Below, in pieces: positions 56,765 through 64,000 of a stretch of 64,000 nucleotides of DNA. Every line of letters starts with the position of its first letter. Position 1 is the stretch's first letter. A program made the translations under genes and the position numbers. Below the pieces are notes generated by a model. That model searched no databases. It worked only from the letters and a program-made list of their open reading frames with translations, and was not told the DNA's origin. The DNA comes from an uncultured Gammaproteobacteria bacterium (lineage in GTDB: Bacteria; Patescibacteriota; Microgenomatia; Levybacterales; UBA12049), in the NCBI GenBank assembly GCA_965230895.1, contig OZ246394.1:1185887-1249886 (forward strand), read 5' to 3'.

Positions 56765-59533
56765 ATGGCCACTGATACCAAACCTAAAGACGAAGTAGAA
56801 AATGGACTAGTTGATCCTAAAAAAAAAGAACAACAAGAACAAGATCACGAATTTGAACTCCATCAAATAGCCCAAACCGCAAGTGGCAGAATACGTCGTT
56901 ATGGATTACGATTAAAGGCAGGACCAAAGCTCCATCAGGAAGTTAATGAATTAGCCGAAACTATTGAAAAAAGCATCACTTCACTCGCAAAGAAGGCACG
57001 ATCCGAAGACGCGCTACTTATTCAGGTTGAGGAAGAAATTCATAAAGTTGAGAAATATATTGATTCTGAAGCAAAGGCAGAGCACAAAAAAGAGAAAGAC
57101 GAAGAAGAGCGAGAAAAAAAAGAGAAGGAGGAAAAAGAACATCATGGAGGGCACGAGGAACATGAAGAGCATGATACAAGCCGCCACGAACAAGAAAAAC
57201 CTGCCAGCGCAAATAAAACGGTTGAGGAAAAAAGTCGAGATAAAGTAGAAGAACTAAAGGCTGAAATTGCAGCCGGAATAGCTGGAACTGCCGCGAGCAC
57301 AACCGTAGGATCTTCCCAAGCTTTTACTGATGAGCGCGCCAAACAACTCAAGGCAGAACAGGAAGCATATTTATCAGAAGCTGAAAAAGCAAGAATCGCA
57401 GCACTCCCCCCTGAAGAAAGAGCAAAAGTACGCTTAGAACAGATTAGAAATGGGACATACAAGAAACCTGAGATATCTGTGAAGCCTTCTGAAGGAGCTA
57501 AACCGAGAACAGATGCCGAAGCAGTTGAAGGATTTCATAAACAGCAACGCCCAGATGCAGCAAAAAAACGCCTCGAGCAATTGAGAGAAGAAGTACGATC
57601 ACAGAGAACTACCACCGGTGCACAAAAAAGCGTGAGAAAAATGGGGAGAAGCGCGCCTGCGCAAAGAAAACAATTAAGGACACAGACTCCTGGTTCAGTG
57701 ATACCAACTCGCCCCATGCCTCCACGACGAGTGCAAACAAGGATTTCTGCTGGGACAAGCCGACGAGGACCTGGGGGAAAAATAACTACAACATCAACTA
57801 CTGAGAGTATATTCTCTCATGACGACGGGAGAACATACGAAGACATTACCGAATTTAGAATGCGAAGGCCGATGCCTTCAACCATGACGACAGAGGCAGA
57901 AACACGTGGTGGATCATACGGACATGGTTCAGGTGGCTCACAAGGTGGCGGATCTGAGCATGGAGGTGACAGTGGCGGTGGCAGCGGAGGATCAGGTGGA
58001 GGAAACAACAGAGGTGGTTTAGGTCGAGCAAATCCTTTAAGAAATATTATGCGTGGAGGATTAGGTGGAGGACCAAAAGGATTAGCAAGCAAAGGACTTC
58101 AGGGATTAGCGAAAAACGGAACAAAGGTTGCTGCACAAGCCGCTCTGCGTAATCCTTATGTACTTGCTGCACTTGCAGTATTACTTATAGTTATTTTCCT
58201 TATATTATTTATCCTTGTACTTCTTGGTGATGCTGAAGAACAAAATCAGAAGAACGCATGCCAGGCTCCAGCCGAAACACTAAAAGCAACGATAACAGGA
58301 CCTGCAGCTGCAAATGCAGGCCAAGAACTAACATATGCAGTAAATATTACTGACACGGTTGCTGCACAAGATATTACAGTTGTAGCAACTATACCTCAAG
58401 GACAAACGTTCGTAAGATCAGATTGGGCAAAAAGCGTCGTCACAGGAAATACTGTAACCTGGAAGGCTGTGGAGAATCTCCCGCCAAACAGTTTAAGCCC
58501 CCCAAACTTTACTTTTAATATTACAGTTAGTCCAGGTGCAGCAAATACAAATTCTGTAATCATGGTTGATGCAACCCCTGTGAGAGCAGCCGCTATTGCT
58601 CCAGGCGGTGGTGGAGATCAACAGGCAGGAAGACAGAAAAGCACTGAAGAATTAAAGTCAATTTATGGTGCAGATCAGGCTGCGGTTGAAGCCAATCTTG
58701 TCACAATCAACTTTCAAGGAAAACAAGTTCAGGTACACAAACTTGTTCAAGGCGTATTTGAAAAAGTGAATAATGAAATAACAGCTGCAAATACCGGATA
58801 TGAATTTAGACAGGTTGGTACGTATGCATGGCGTACAAAGAATATTCCAGGTCAAAATTCTACAGAACTTTCAACACATAGTTTTGGGATAACCATGGAT
58901 ATTAATCCTGATACCAATCCTTACACTACGGCCAATACTCATGATATTCCGCAGCCAATCGTAGACATTTTCAAAAGAAACGGATTTATCTGGGGTGGTG
59001 ATTGGACGCCACAGCATGACTGGATGCATTTTGAATATGCTGGAGCACCAGGAGCAGTGCCAGGATCTGGAAATACTGGTGGCGGATGTAACCCAGGAGC
59101 TGGGGCACCAGTAAATGCAAATTATGTCCCTCCAAGTGCAGATACTTGTGGAGGTAAATATAAATTAACCAGTCCTCTTAAGATGAATTTTGGAGATCCA
59201 CAGTGTAATTTTAATAAAGACGCTTTATATTCACAATTAAAGACTGAGGATCCTGCAAATGCTGATGTTTGGTTTAACAAAGTCGTGCCTTGTGAAAGTG
59301 GATATAATCCAAATGCATATGCTGGTCCAAGTACGGGTACCCCCGACGCTGCAGGAGCATGGGGTCTATATCAAATGGGTAGTGCAAACCCGCCAGGTTC
59401 CCCACCTCCTGCACCTGGTAAAAATGGAATTAATGATCGTGGAGATGTACCGTGGACAATACAAACAACTAATGCGACTACATATGGTAAAAAAATTGCG
59501 AGACTTGGAGCATATTGGGCATGTGCTAGATAA
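56765..59533 (+). CDS. membrane-anchored cell-wall hydrolase with peptidase M15 (VanY-like) and lytic-transglycosylase-like domains (VirB1/PrgK-like)
   Basis: TM LAALAVLLIVIFLILFILVLL; DUF11-like segment; M15 zinc motifs STHSFGITMDIN and DWMHFEY; SLT-like CESGYNPNAY...GAWGLYQM. N-terminal half E/K/G-rich low complexity. Confidence 0.6.
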   Translation: MATDTKPKDEVENGLVDPKKKEQQEQDHEFELHQIAQTASGRIRRYGLRLKAGPKLHQEVNELAETIEKSITSLAKKARSEDALLIQVEEEIHKVEKYIDSEAKAEHKKEKDEEEREKKEKEEKEHHGGHEEHEEHDTSRHEQEKPASANKTVEEKSRDKVEELKAEIAAGIAGTAASTTVGSSQAFTDERAKQLKAEQEAYLSEAEKARIAALPPEERAKVRLEQIRNGTYKKPEISVKPSEGAKPRTDAEAVEGFHKQQRPDAAKKRLEQLREEVRSQRTTTGAQKSVRKMGRSAPAQRKQLRTQTPGSVIPTRPMPPRRVQTRISAGTSRRGPGGKITTTSTTESIFSHDDGRTYEDITEFRMRRPMPSTMTTEAETRGGSYGHGSGGSQGGGSEHGGDSGGGSGGSGGGNNRGGLGRANPLRNIMRGGLGGGPKGLASKGLQGLAKNGTKVAAQAALRNPYVLAALAVLLIVIFLILFILVLLGDAEEQNQKNACQAPAETLKATITGPAAANAGQELTYAVNITDTVAAQDITVVATIPQGQTFVRSDWAKSVVTGNTVTWKAVENLPPNSLSPPNFTFNITVSPGAANTNSVIMVDATPVRAAAIAPGGGGDQQAGRQKSTEELKSIYGADQAAVEANLVTINFQGKQVQVHKLVQGVFEKVNNEITAANTGYEFRQVGTYAWRTKNIPGQNSTELSTHSFGITMDINPDTNPYTTANTHDIPQPIVDIFKRNGFIWGGDWTPQHDWMHFEYAGAPGAVPGSGNTGGGCNPGAGAPVNANYVPPSADTCGGKYKLTSPLKMNFGDPQCNFNKDALYSQLKTEDPANADVWFNKVVPCESGYNPNAYAGPSTGTPDAAGAWGLYQMGSANPPGSPPPAPGKNGINDRGDVPWTIQTTNATTYGKKIARLGAYWACAR

Positions 59534-59559
59534 ATTAAAATTAGCAGTATAATAAGACT

Positions 59560-60129
59560 ATGAAAAGAAAGAAAGAAGACTATTTTGTTATTGGATTAGG
59601 TGTCGTACTTGTTGTCGTTATTTTTATGATAGCTTTTATAGTTGCAAAGGAAAATCAACAAAAGCCAGAAGAAAATATAAGCATTGTCCCAACAGATAGC
59701 CCAACAGCAGCACCAGTACCGACAAGACAAACAGACCAGCCAAATAGCAATCCACCTGTTCTCTATGATGATAATGCGCAAAATAAACTTGTGGCATATG
59801 TAAAGGCGAGACAGCCAATCTCAGATACAGATAAGCTAGCTAAAGCAAAAATGTTGGCATTACGTCCTGAAAATCAAATGTCGGGAGTTATTCATCAAAC
59901 GCAAAATATAAGAATTGACTACACCAGATCTGCAGATCTTTTCCAGGTTGAAATACTAACAACAAATGTACAAGATGCAAAAAATGAAGCTAATATATGG
60001 CTTCGAACTCAAGGATTAAGTCAAGACGGAATTTGCAAATTACCTATTGGCTTCTACCTTAACTACGATATCGCTAACGAATTAAGAGAAACGGGATATG
60101 TATTTAATCCTTTAGCAAATGGCTGTTAA
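59560..60129 (+). CDS. membrane-anchored extracytoplasmic protein, paralog A1 (ends FNPLANGC)
   Basis: N-terminal TM; domain shares SDTDKLAKAKM...ADLFQVEILTT...DGICKLPIGFYLNYD...FNPLAxGC with A2. Confidence 0.45.
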   Translation: MKRKKEDYFVIGLGVVLVVVIFMIAFIVAKENQQKPEENISIVPTDSPTAAPVPTRQTDQPNSNPPVLYDDNAQNKLVAYVKARQPISDTDKLAKAKMLALRPENQMSGVIHQTQNIRIDYTRSADLFQVEILTTNVQDAKNEANIWLRTQGLSQDGICKLPIGFYLNYDIANELRETGYVFNPLANGC

Positions 60130-60631
60130 TATGCAATTTATAAAAAGTAATAAAAAATTAGTTTTTTTTGTATTACTTTTACTAATAGTATTTCCTATAA
60201 GTTTATCTCTTTATCGACTTGAGCCTCAAAATAGCGAAAAGAAGACAAAGGAGACTCCTCCAATAAAGGAATCTGCTCAAGCTGTCGATCCAGAGAAAAG
60301 GCTTCTTGATTACATTCAAAATAGACGCCCTTTATCAGACTCAGATAAACAAGCTAAAAATACTATCATTCAAAGAGTTGATCAATCTGGGATTGCATTC
60401 AGATCTGACACAATATCAATCGAGTATATAAAGTCTGCAGATATGTTCCAAGTCGAAATATTATCAACGAAAACTGATGTTGCAAAAGAGGAAGCAGTAA
60501 ATTGGTTCAGGCAAAACGGTATGAGCAAAGACGGTTTATGTAATTTACCTATTAGCTTTTATCTCAATTATGAAGTCGCAAATACTAATTCGCAGGAAGA
60601 TACATTTAATCCACTCGCACCAGGTTGTTGA
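60119..60631 (+). CDS. membrane-anchored extracytoplasmic protein, paralog A2 (ends FNPLAPGC)
   Basis: Tandem duplicate of A1; 11 nt overlap. Confidence 0.45.
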   Translation: MAVNMQFIKSNKKLVFFVLLLLIVFPISLSLYRLEPQNSEKKTKETPPIKESAQAVDPEKRLLDYIQNRRPLSDSDKQAKNTIIQRVDQSGIAFRSDTISIEYIKSADMFQVEILSTKTDVAKEEAVNWFRQNGMSKDGLCNLPISFYLNYEVANTNSQEDTFNPLAPGC

Positions 60632-60679
60632 AAGTGTATGAACTTGCGCACTTACAAGTGAGCTTGATATGATGATTTT

Positions 60680-61354
60680 ATGAACGCTAATTTTTTGTCT
60701 AAATCGATCAATTTTATAAAAGGAAATAAAGCCATTGTAATAGCTGTAGCATTAGTTATTTTATTCATTTATATTTTAGTTGTTTCAATTACTGCAACAT
60801 CTTCACAAAAGAATCCAAGAGATCCAAACTCCCCTGATCCAACAAGAAGTTCATCTTCCGGAGGAGGACCAGTCCCAACAGCATCAAAGGATGTTTCCAT
60901 ATACGAGCCGAACACAGTTTGGCAACCCACAAGATTTTCAGAGAGTAGTATCCAAAACGTTTTAATTGAAAAAACACAATTAAACGATGGTTCGACAAAA
61001 TACAAATATCAATCTGAAGATCCAAAAAGACCCAATGAACTAATCGTTAAAGATAATGAAGTTATTTATCAACGAACTGTTATAAAGAACAAATACATAT
61101 ATAACTATACCAATACTCTTGGCGCTCCAGACTTTGTTTTTGAAAGTTCAAAATATTATGGTCCAAGTACAATGATTTATGTCTATCTTAAGAGCGGGAC
61201 AGCATTTGTAGCAGACGATAAGACAACAATTGTAAAAGAGCAATTATCTTTTAAACCAACTTCTTTTGAGCAATTTCGAGACAAATATGGAGACGATATT
61301 GCTGATTACAAGATTATACCAACACTTCCAGATGAAGATTTTGCACGACCATAG
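60680..61354 (+). CDS. membrane-anchored extracytoplasmic protein, paralog B1
   Basis: N-terminal TM, S/P/G-rich linker; shares DGS..Y...S..P.R...IVK......GP..YGP.T.IY.Y...GTA...F.P.S..EF pattern with B2. Confidence 0.45.
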   Translation: MNANFLSKSINFIKGNKAIVIAVALVILFIYILVVSITATSSQKNPRDPNSPDPTRSSSSGGGPVPTASKDVSIYEPNTVWQPTRFSESSIQNVLIEKTQLNDGSTKYKYQSEDPKRPNELIVKDNEVIYQRTVIKNKYIYNYTNTLGAPDFVFESSKYYGPSTMIYVYLKSGTAFVADDKTTIVKEQLSFKPTSFEQFRDKYGDDIADYKIIPTLPDEDFARP

Positions 61355-61360
61355 AATCAT

Positions 61361-61990
61361 ATGCTCATAAGATATATTATTGCCATTGTAATATCATTAA
61401 GTCTTCTTGTTATGCTGCCTATAATTGATATCCCCTCTTATGCCGCTGTAAAGGCATGTTTCTTAACCAAGATTGGACCCAATGCACCAGCAGACTTTAC
61501 GATGCCTCCAGGATGTGGAGGTGATATAAGTGGAGATGCCAAACAGCTTGCGCAACAAATATTAAATAATCCGAAGATAACTCTCTCTTCTCAAGCACGA
61601 CAAGACATCCAAGCAACAGTCGATGGTAAGCAAATACAGAATTCCGATTCGTGCAACAATGCTGTGAGTTTGAGTCCGGCCTTATTAAAACTTATTCTTC
61701 AAATAGCCCAAACGCATTCATACGACTTAAATTACATAATTACACAGCATGGATGCGATACTGCATATCATCCCAAAGGCAGGGCAATGGATATCGGTAA
61801 AGCCGATGGTCAAAGCAGTTGGCAAAACACACAGTTCCGCCAAGATGTCGCGAATCTTTTACCCGAAGGTGGAGGACTAGGCCAACAAGGTTGTCCTGCA
61901 AGTGCTGGTGTTTCAGGGAAAAATTCTATTCGTCAATTTGCTGATGCATGCACCCACCAGCACGTTGATGTGGGAGCAACAGCACAATAA
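61361..61990 (+). CDS. secreted small peptidase M15-like (Hedgehog/DD-peptidase fold) protein
   Basis: Signal/TM N-terminus; YHPKGRAMDIG (HxxGxAxD) and THQHVDV His motifs resemble LAS/M15 zinc ligands. Confidence 0.35.
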   Translation: MLIRYIIAIVISLSLLVMLPIIDIPSYAAVKACFLTKIGPNAPADFTMPPGCGGDISGDAKQLAQQILNNPKITLSSQARQDIQATVDGKQIQNSDSCNNAVSLSPALLKLILQIAQTHSYDLNYIITQHGCDTAYHPKGRAMDIGKADGQSSWQNTQFRQDVANLLPEGGGLGQQGCPASAGVSGKNSIRQFADACTHQHVDVGATAQ

Positions 61991-61992
61991 TC

Positions 61993-62646
61993 ATGAGAAA
62001 CTCTTCCAATGTATTTAACTCAATTCTTAAAGGTAATTTTGCATATATACTACTTGGCGGCGCGCTTATAATTCTTCTTCCGATTATCTTTGTCTTCAAT
62101 TCGTATTCTTCTGAAAATTTGAGTAAAGAAGAACCGACACCGACTGGTGAGTCTCAGCAATCAGCATCTGGAGGAAAAGCACCTGCAAACAGAATTTCAC
62201 CAACAAAAAATCCGACAGGCACTACAATCTCTGATGAAAAAAATGCAGTAGAATCAGGACCAGTTTCTTTTTCAAATCTGAGCGAAATTGCAAATGACGC
62301 ACAAAAGCAAACCCAAAGCGATGGATCAGTCATCTATACCTTTGAGTCGCTCCATCCAAATCGATCGGACATGATTATTGTAAAAAATGGATCAATTATT
62401 TTTTCTCGACATGCGGTCGTCGGAGTGGGAGCAAGTGATAAATATAAAAGCCTTTTAGAGAAGCAAGCAAAAACAATCCAAGGCCCAACATTTTACGGAC
62501 CAAATACTTTAATTTATTTCTATGAGAATGGCGGTACAGCACTTATTGCAAATCCTCAAACCGATACAACATATGAAGAATTTACATTTCAACCTCCAGT
62601 ATCACTTGCGGAATTCAATTCTACATATAAGAAATATACTCTATAG
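61993..62646 (+). CDS. membrane-anchored extracytoplasmic protein, paralog B2
   Basis: Paralog of B1 (see above). Confidence 0.45.
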   Translation: MRNSSNVFNSILKGNFAYILLGGALIILLPIIFVFNSYSSENLSKEEPTPTGESQQSASGGKAPANRISPTKNPTGTTISDEKNAVESGPVSFSNLSEIANDAQKQTQSDGSVIYTFESLHPNRSDMIIVKNGSIIFSRHAVVGVGASDKYKSLLEKQAKTIQGPTFYGPNTLIYFYENGGTALIANPQTDTTYEEFTFQPPVSLAEFNSTYKKYTL

Positions 62647-62654
62647 TTTGAAGA

Positions 62655-63764
62655 TTAACTTTGAACGCGGATTGGCATGATCATATGAAGGTACGATTCA
62701 TCACCTTGAACTTTAAATACACCAGGATTCAACGGTCCAATCATATCAAACGCTAAATCTTTTTCTTCAACATTTGAGAGAACATCTAAGAGATATCGTG
62801 CATTAAATGCAATTTCATTCTCTTCCCCATTTAATTTAGCATCAACACGAACAGTGTTTTCTCCTATAGCGGATGATCCTGAAGAAACAGTGATGTGGTC
62901 CGATGAAAGAGCAAGCTTAATGATATTTGCAGAATCTCGAGCAAAGACTGAACATATTTTTACGGCTTTTAATAATTCATCTTTATCGAAGGAAACACTG
63001 ACTGAGAAGTCTGACGGGATTATCTTTTCAAAATTAGGAAACTCCGCTTCAATTAATCTTCCAATTAAAATTGTATCCTCCTGTTCAAATAGTACCTGAT
63101 TATTTTGTTGCGAGACATACATGGATATATCTTTGTTTTCATCCTTCAGAGAAAGTAATTCTCGGAATACACGCGCTGGAATAATGAATGACGACGCTTC
63201 TGAAGCTTTATTCTCTGAAGTTTTATAATGACGTAGTGAGAGTCTATAACCATCGGTCGCTACAAGAAGAAATCCCTCAGCTTCTTTACGAACTAAGACA
63301 CCTGATAATGCAGGTCGTGTTGTATCAGGACTGGCAGAAAAAACGACTGACGAGAACTCTTTCTTAATATCTTTACCAGATAATGTTGCTAATATTTCTC
63401 CTCGTTCTTCATAAAGCTTAGGGAATTCTTCGCTACTGATTGTTTGAAAGGTACTCTTAGTTCGCTTTGTTTGAACTTCGAGCGTACTATCTTCAGAGGT
63501 TAAGGTTAATACTTCATCAGTTAGTGAATTAATAAGCTCTGTAAATAATTTTGCTGGTACTGTAGTTTCTCCCTCTTCTTCTATCTTCGCTGGACAATAA
63601 GTCTCAATACCTATTTCAAGATCAGTCGTACTTAGTTTTACTTTATCTCCTTTTGCTTCTATCAAAATATTCTGTAGAACGGGTAATTGGCTTTTAGAAG
63701 AGACTGCTTTATTAAGAAACGAAAGTTTATTTTGAAGGTTAGGGGTCAATATCTGTACTTTCAT
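62655..63764 (-). CDS. dnaN: DNA polymerase III beta subunit (sliding clamp)
   Basis: MKVQILTPNLQNKLSFLNKAVSSKSQLPVLQNILIEA... three-domain DnaN, 369 aa. Confidence 0.9.
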   Translation of the reverse strand: MKVQILTPNLQNKLSFLNKAVSSKSQLPVLQNILIEAKGDKVKLSTTDLEIGIETYCPAKIEEEGETTVPAKLFTELINSLTDEVLTLTSEDSTLEVQTKRTKSTFQTISSEEFPKLYEERGEILATLSGKDIKKEFSSVVFSASPDTTRPALSGVLVRKEAEGFLLVATDGYRLSLRHYKTSENKASEASSFIIPARVFRELLSLKDENKDISMYVSQQNNQVLFEQEDTILIGRLIEAEFPNFEKIIPSDFSVSVSFDKDELLKAVKICSVFARDSANIIKLALSSDHITVSSGSSAIGENTVRVDAKLNGEENEIAFNARYLLDVLSNVEEKDLAFDMIGPLNPGVFKVQGDESYLHMIMPIRVQS

Positions 63765-63795
63765 ATATATCTATTTGTTGTTGTAGTAGTGTATA

Positions 63796-64000
63796 TGGAA
63801 ATGTGGAAAAAAGCAATAAGCATCCATCTCATAAGATGTGAATCCCAAGTGGAAGTATAGACTTTGATGTTGTAAATAATAATGTTCTTTGTAGCTGATT
63901 CTATTCACATTTAGATGTGGACAACTTGTTGATGAAATTGGGGGTAAATTGTGGGTAAGTTTTTTATTTAAAGTATTCCCCAAGTTATCCCCGTAAAGAT
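63796..64000. promoter_or_regulatory. cluster of DnaA-box-like 9-mers (probable dnaA-dnaN intergenic / oriC region)
   Basis: TGTGGAAAA (63802), TGTGGACAA (63916), TGTGGGTAA (63951) and TTATCCCCG (63983) are each 1-2 mismatches from TTATCCACA/TGTGGATAA, in an AT-rich region upstream of dnaN. Confidence 0.45.

Noticed and set aside
57901-58020. Gly-rich stretch of the 922-aa protein as a possible DNA tandem repeat
   Set aside because: At the nucleotide level it is imperfect GGT/GGA-rich low complexity, not a unit repeat, and simply encodes a Gly/Ser linker.
44109-62646. Calling the T4SS-like island a mobile element (ICE/IME)
   Set aside because: No integrase, recombinase, relaxase or flanking direct repeat could be identified. 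The tRNA and origin adjacency alone is insufficient, so it is reported as a chromosomal secretion-system island instead.
63771-63983. 70-aa minus-strand ORF beyond dnaN
   Set aside because: It falls in the AT-rich DnaA-box region and is more likely the non-coding oriC/intergenic region.

Overview
This is an AT-rich chromosomal segment (roughly high-30s % GC by eye, not computed) with small, tightly packed genes, read under the standard genetic code. Several lines of evidence suggest a Patescibacteria/CPR-like organism, which is an inference: a reduced, housekeeping-dominated gene set, many small membrane and secreted proteins, and Gram-positive-type type IV secretion genes.

Recognisable housekeeping genes:
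- An ABC transporter and msrA.
- trpS, an RsmB/F-like methyltransferase, and gap (GAPDH).
- gdhA, a PBP1A, rpe and rpiB.
- smpB with the tmRNA gene immediately downstream.
- comF, a Nudix hydrolase, and dnaN.

RNA genes: a cluster of six tRNA genes lies at 41.6-44.0 kb. Five are type-II Ser-like, one of which shows an anomalous ACU anticodon loop; the sixth is Arg-like with a GCG anticodon.

Most interesting regions:
- 12.6-17.9 kb: an nrdR-nrdJ-pduO operon (B12-dependent ribonucleotide reductase plus cobalamin adenosyltransferase). Two near-identical elements resembling the compact cobalamin-riboswitch core sit after nrdJ and after pduO. Each is followed by a terminator hairpin and U-run that abuts the next ATG. 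The second element precedes an uncharacterised 461-aa zinc-ribbon protein and a 47-aa zinc-ribbon ORF that the ORF track missed. This may be a new B12-related function.
- 44.1-62.6 kb: a Gram-positive-type type IV secretion-like gene island between a tRNA-Ser gene and dnaN/oriC. It contains a VirB4 ATPase, three tandem VirB2/T4SS-pilin-like paralogs, a VirB6-like polytopic membrane protein, and a VirB1-like hydrolase with both peptidase M15 and lytic-transglycosylase motifs. An unusual regulator with an AAA+ ATPase fused to a C-terminal OmpR-type winged helix, a 994-aa orphan protein, and two tandem paralog pairs complete the island. A VirD4-like coupling ATPase is encoded about 45 kb away (9.6-12.0 kb).

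Other notable features: many promoters have a TATAAT box only 6-9 nt upstream of the ATG (leaderless-type mRNAs). A copper-handling cluster is made of copZ, a YcnI-like protein and a ferric-reductase-like membrane protein. Three paralogs of a membrane protein with a PH-like domain occur. There is a (CAACAG)n poly-Gln microsatellite. DnaA-box-like 9-mers at the right edge mark the dnaA-dnaN intergenic/oriC region.

No CRISPR array, integrase, relaxase or rRNA gene was found.
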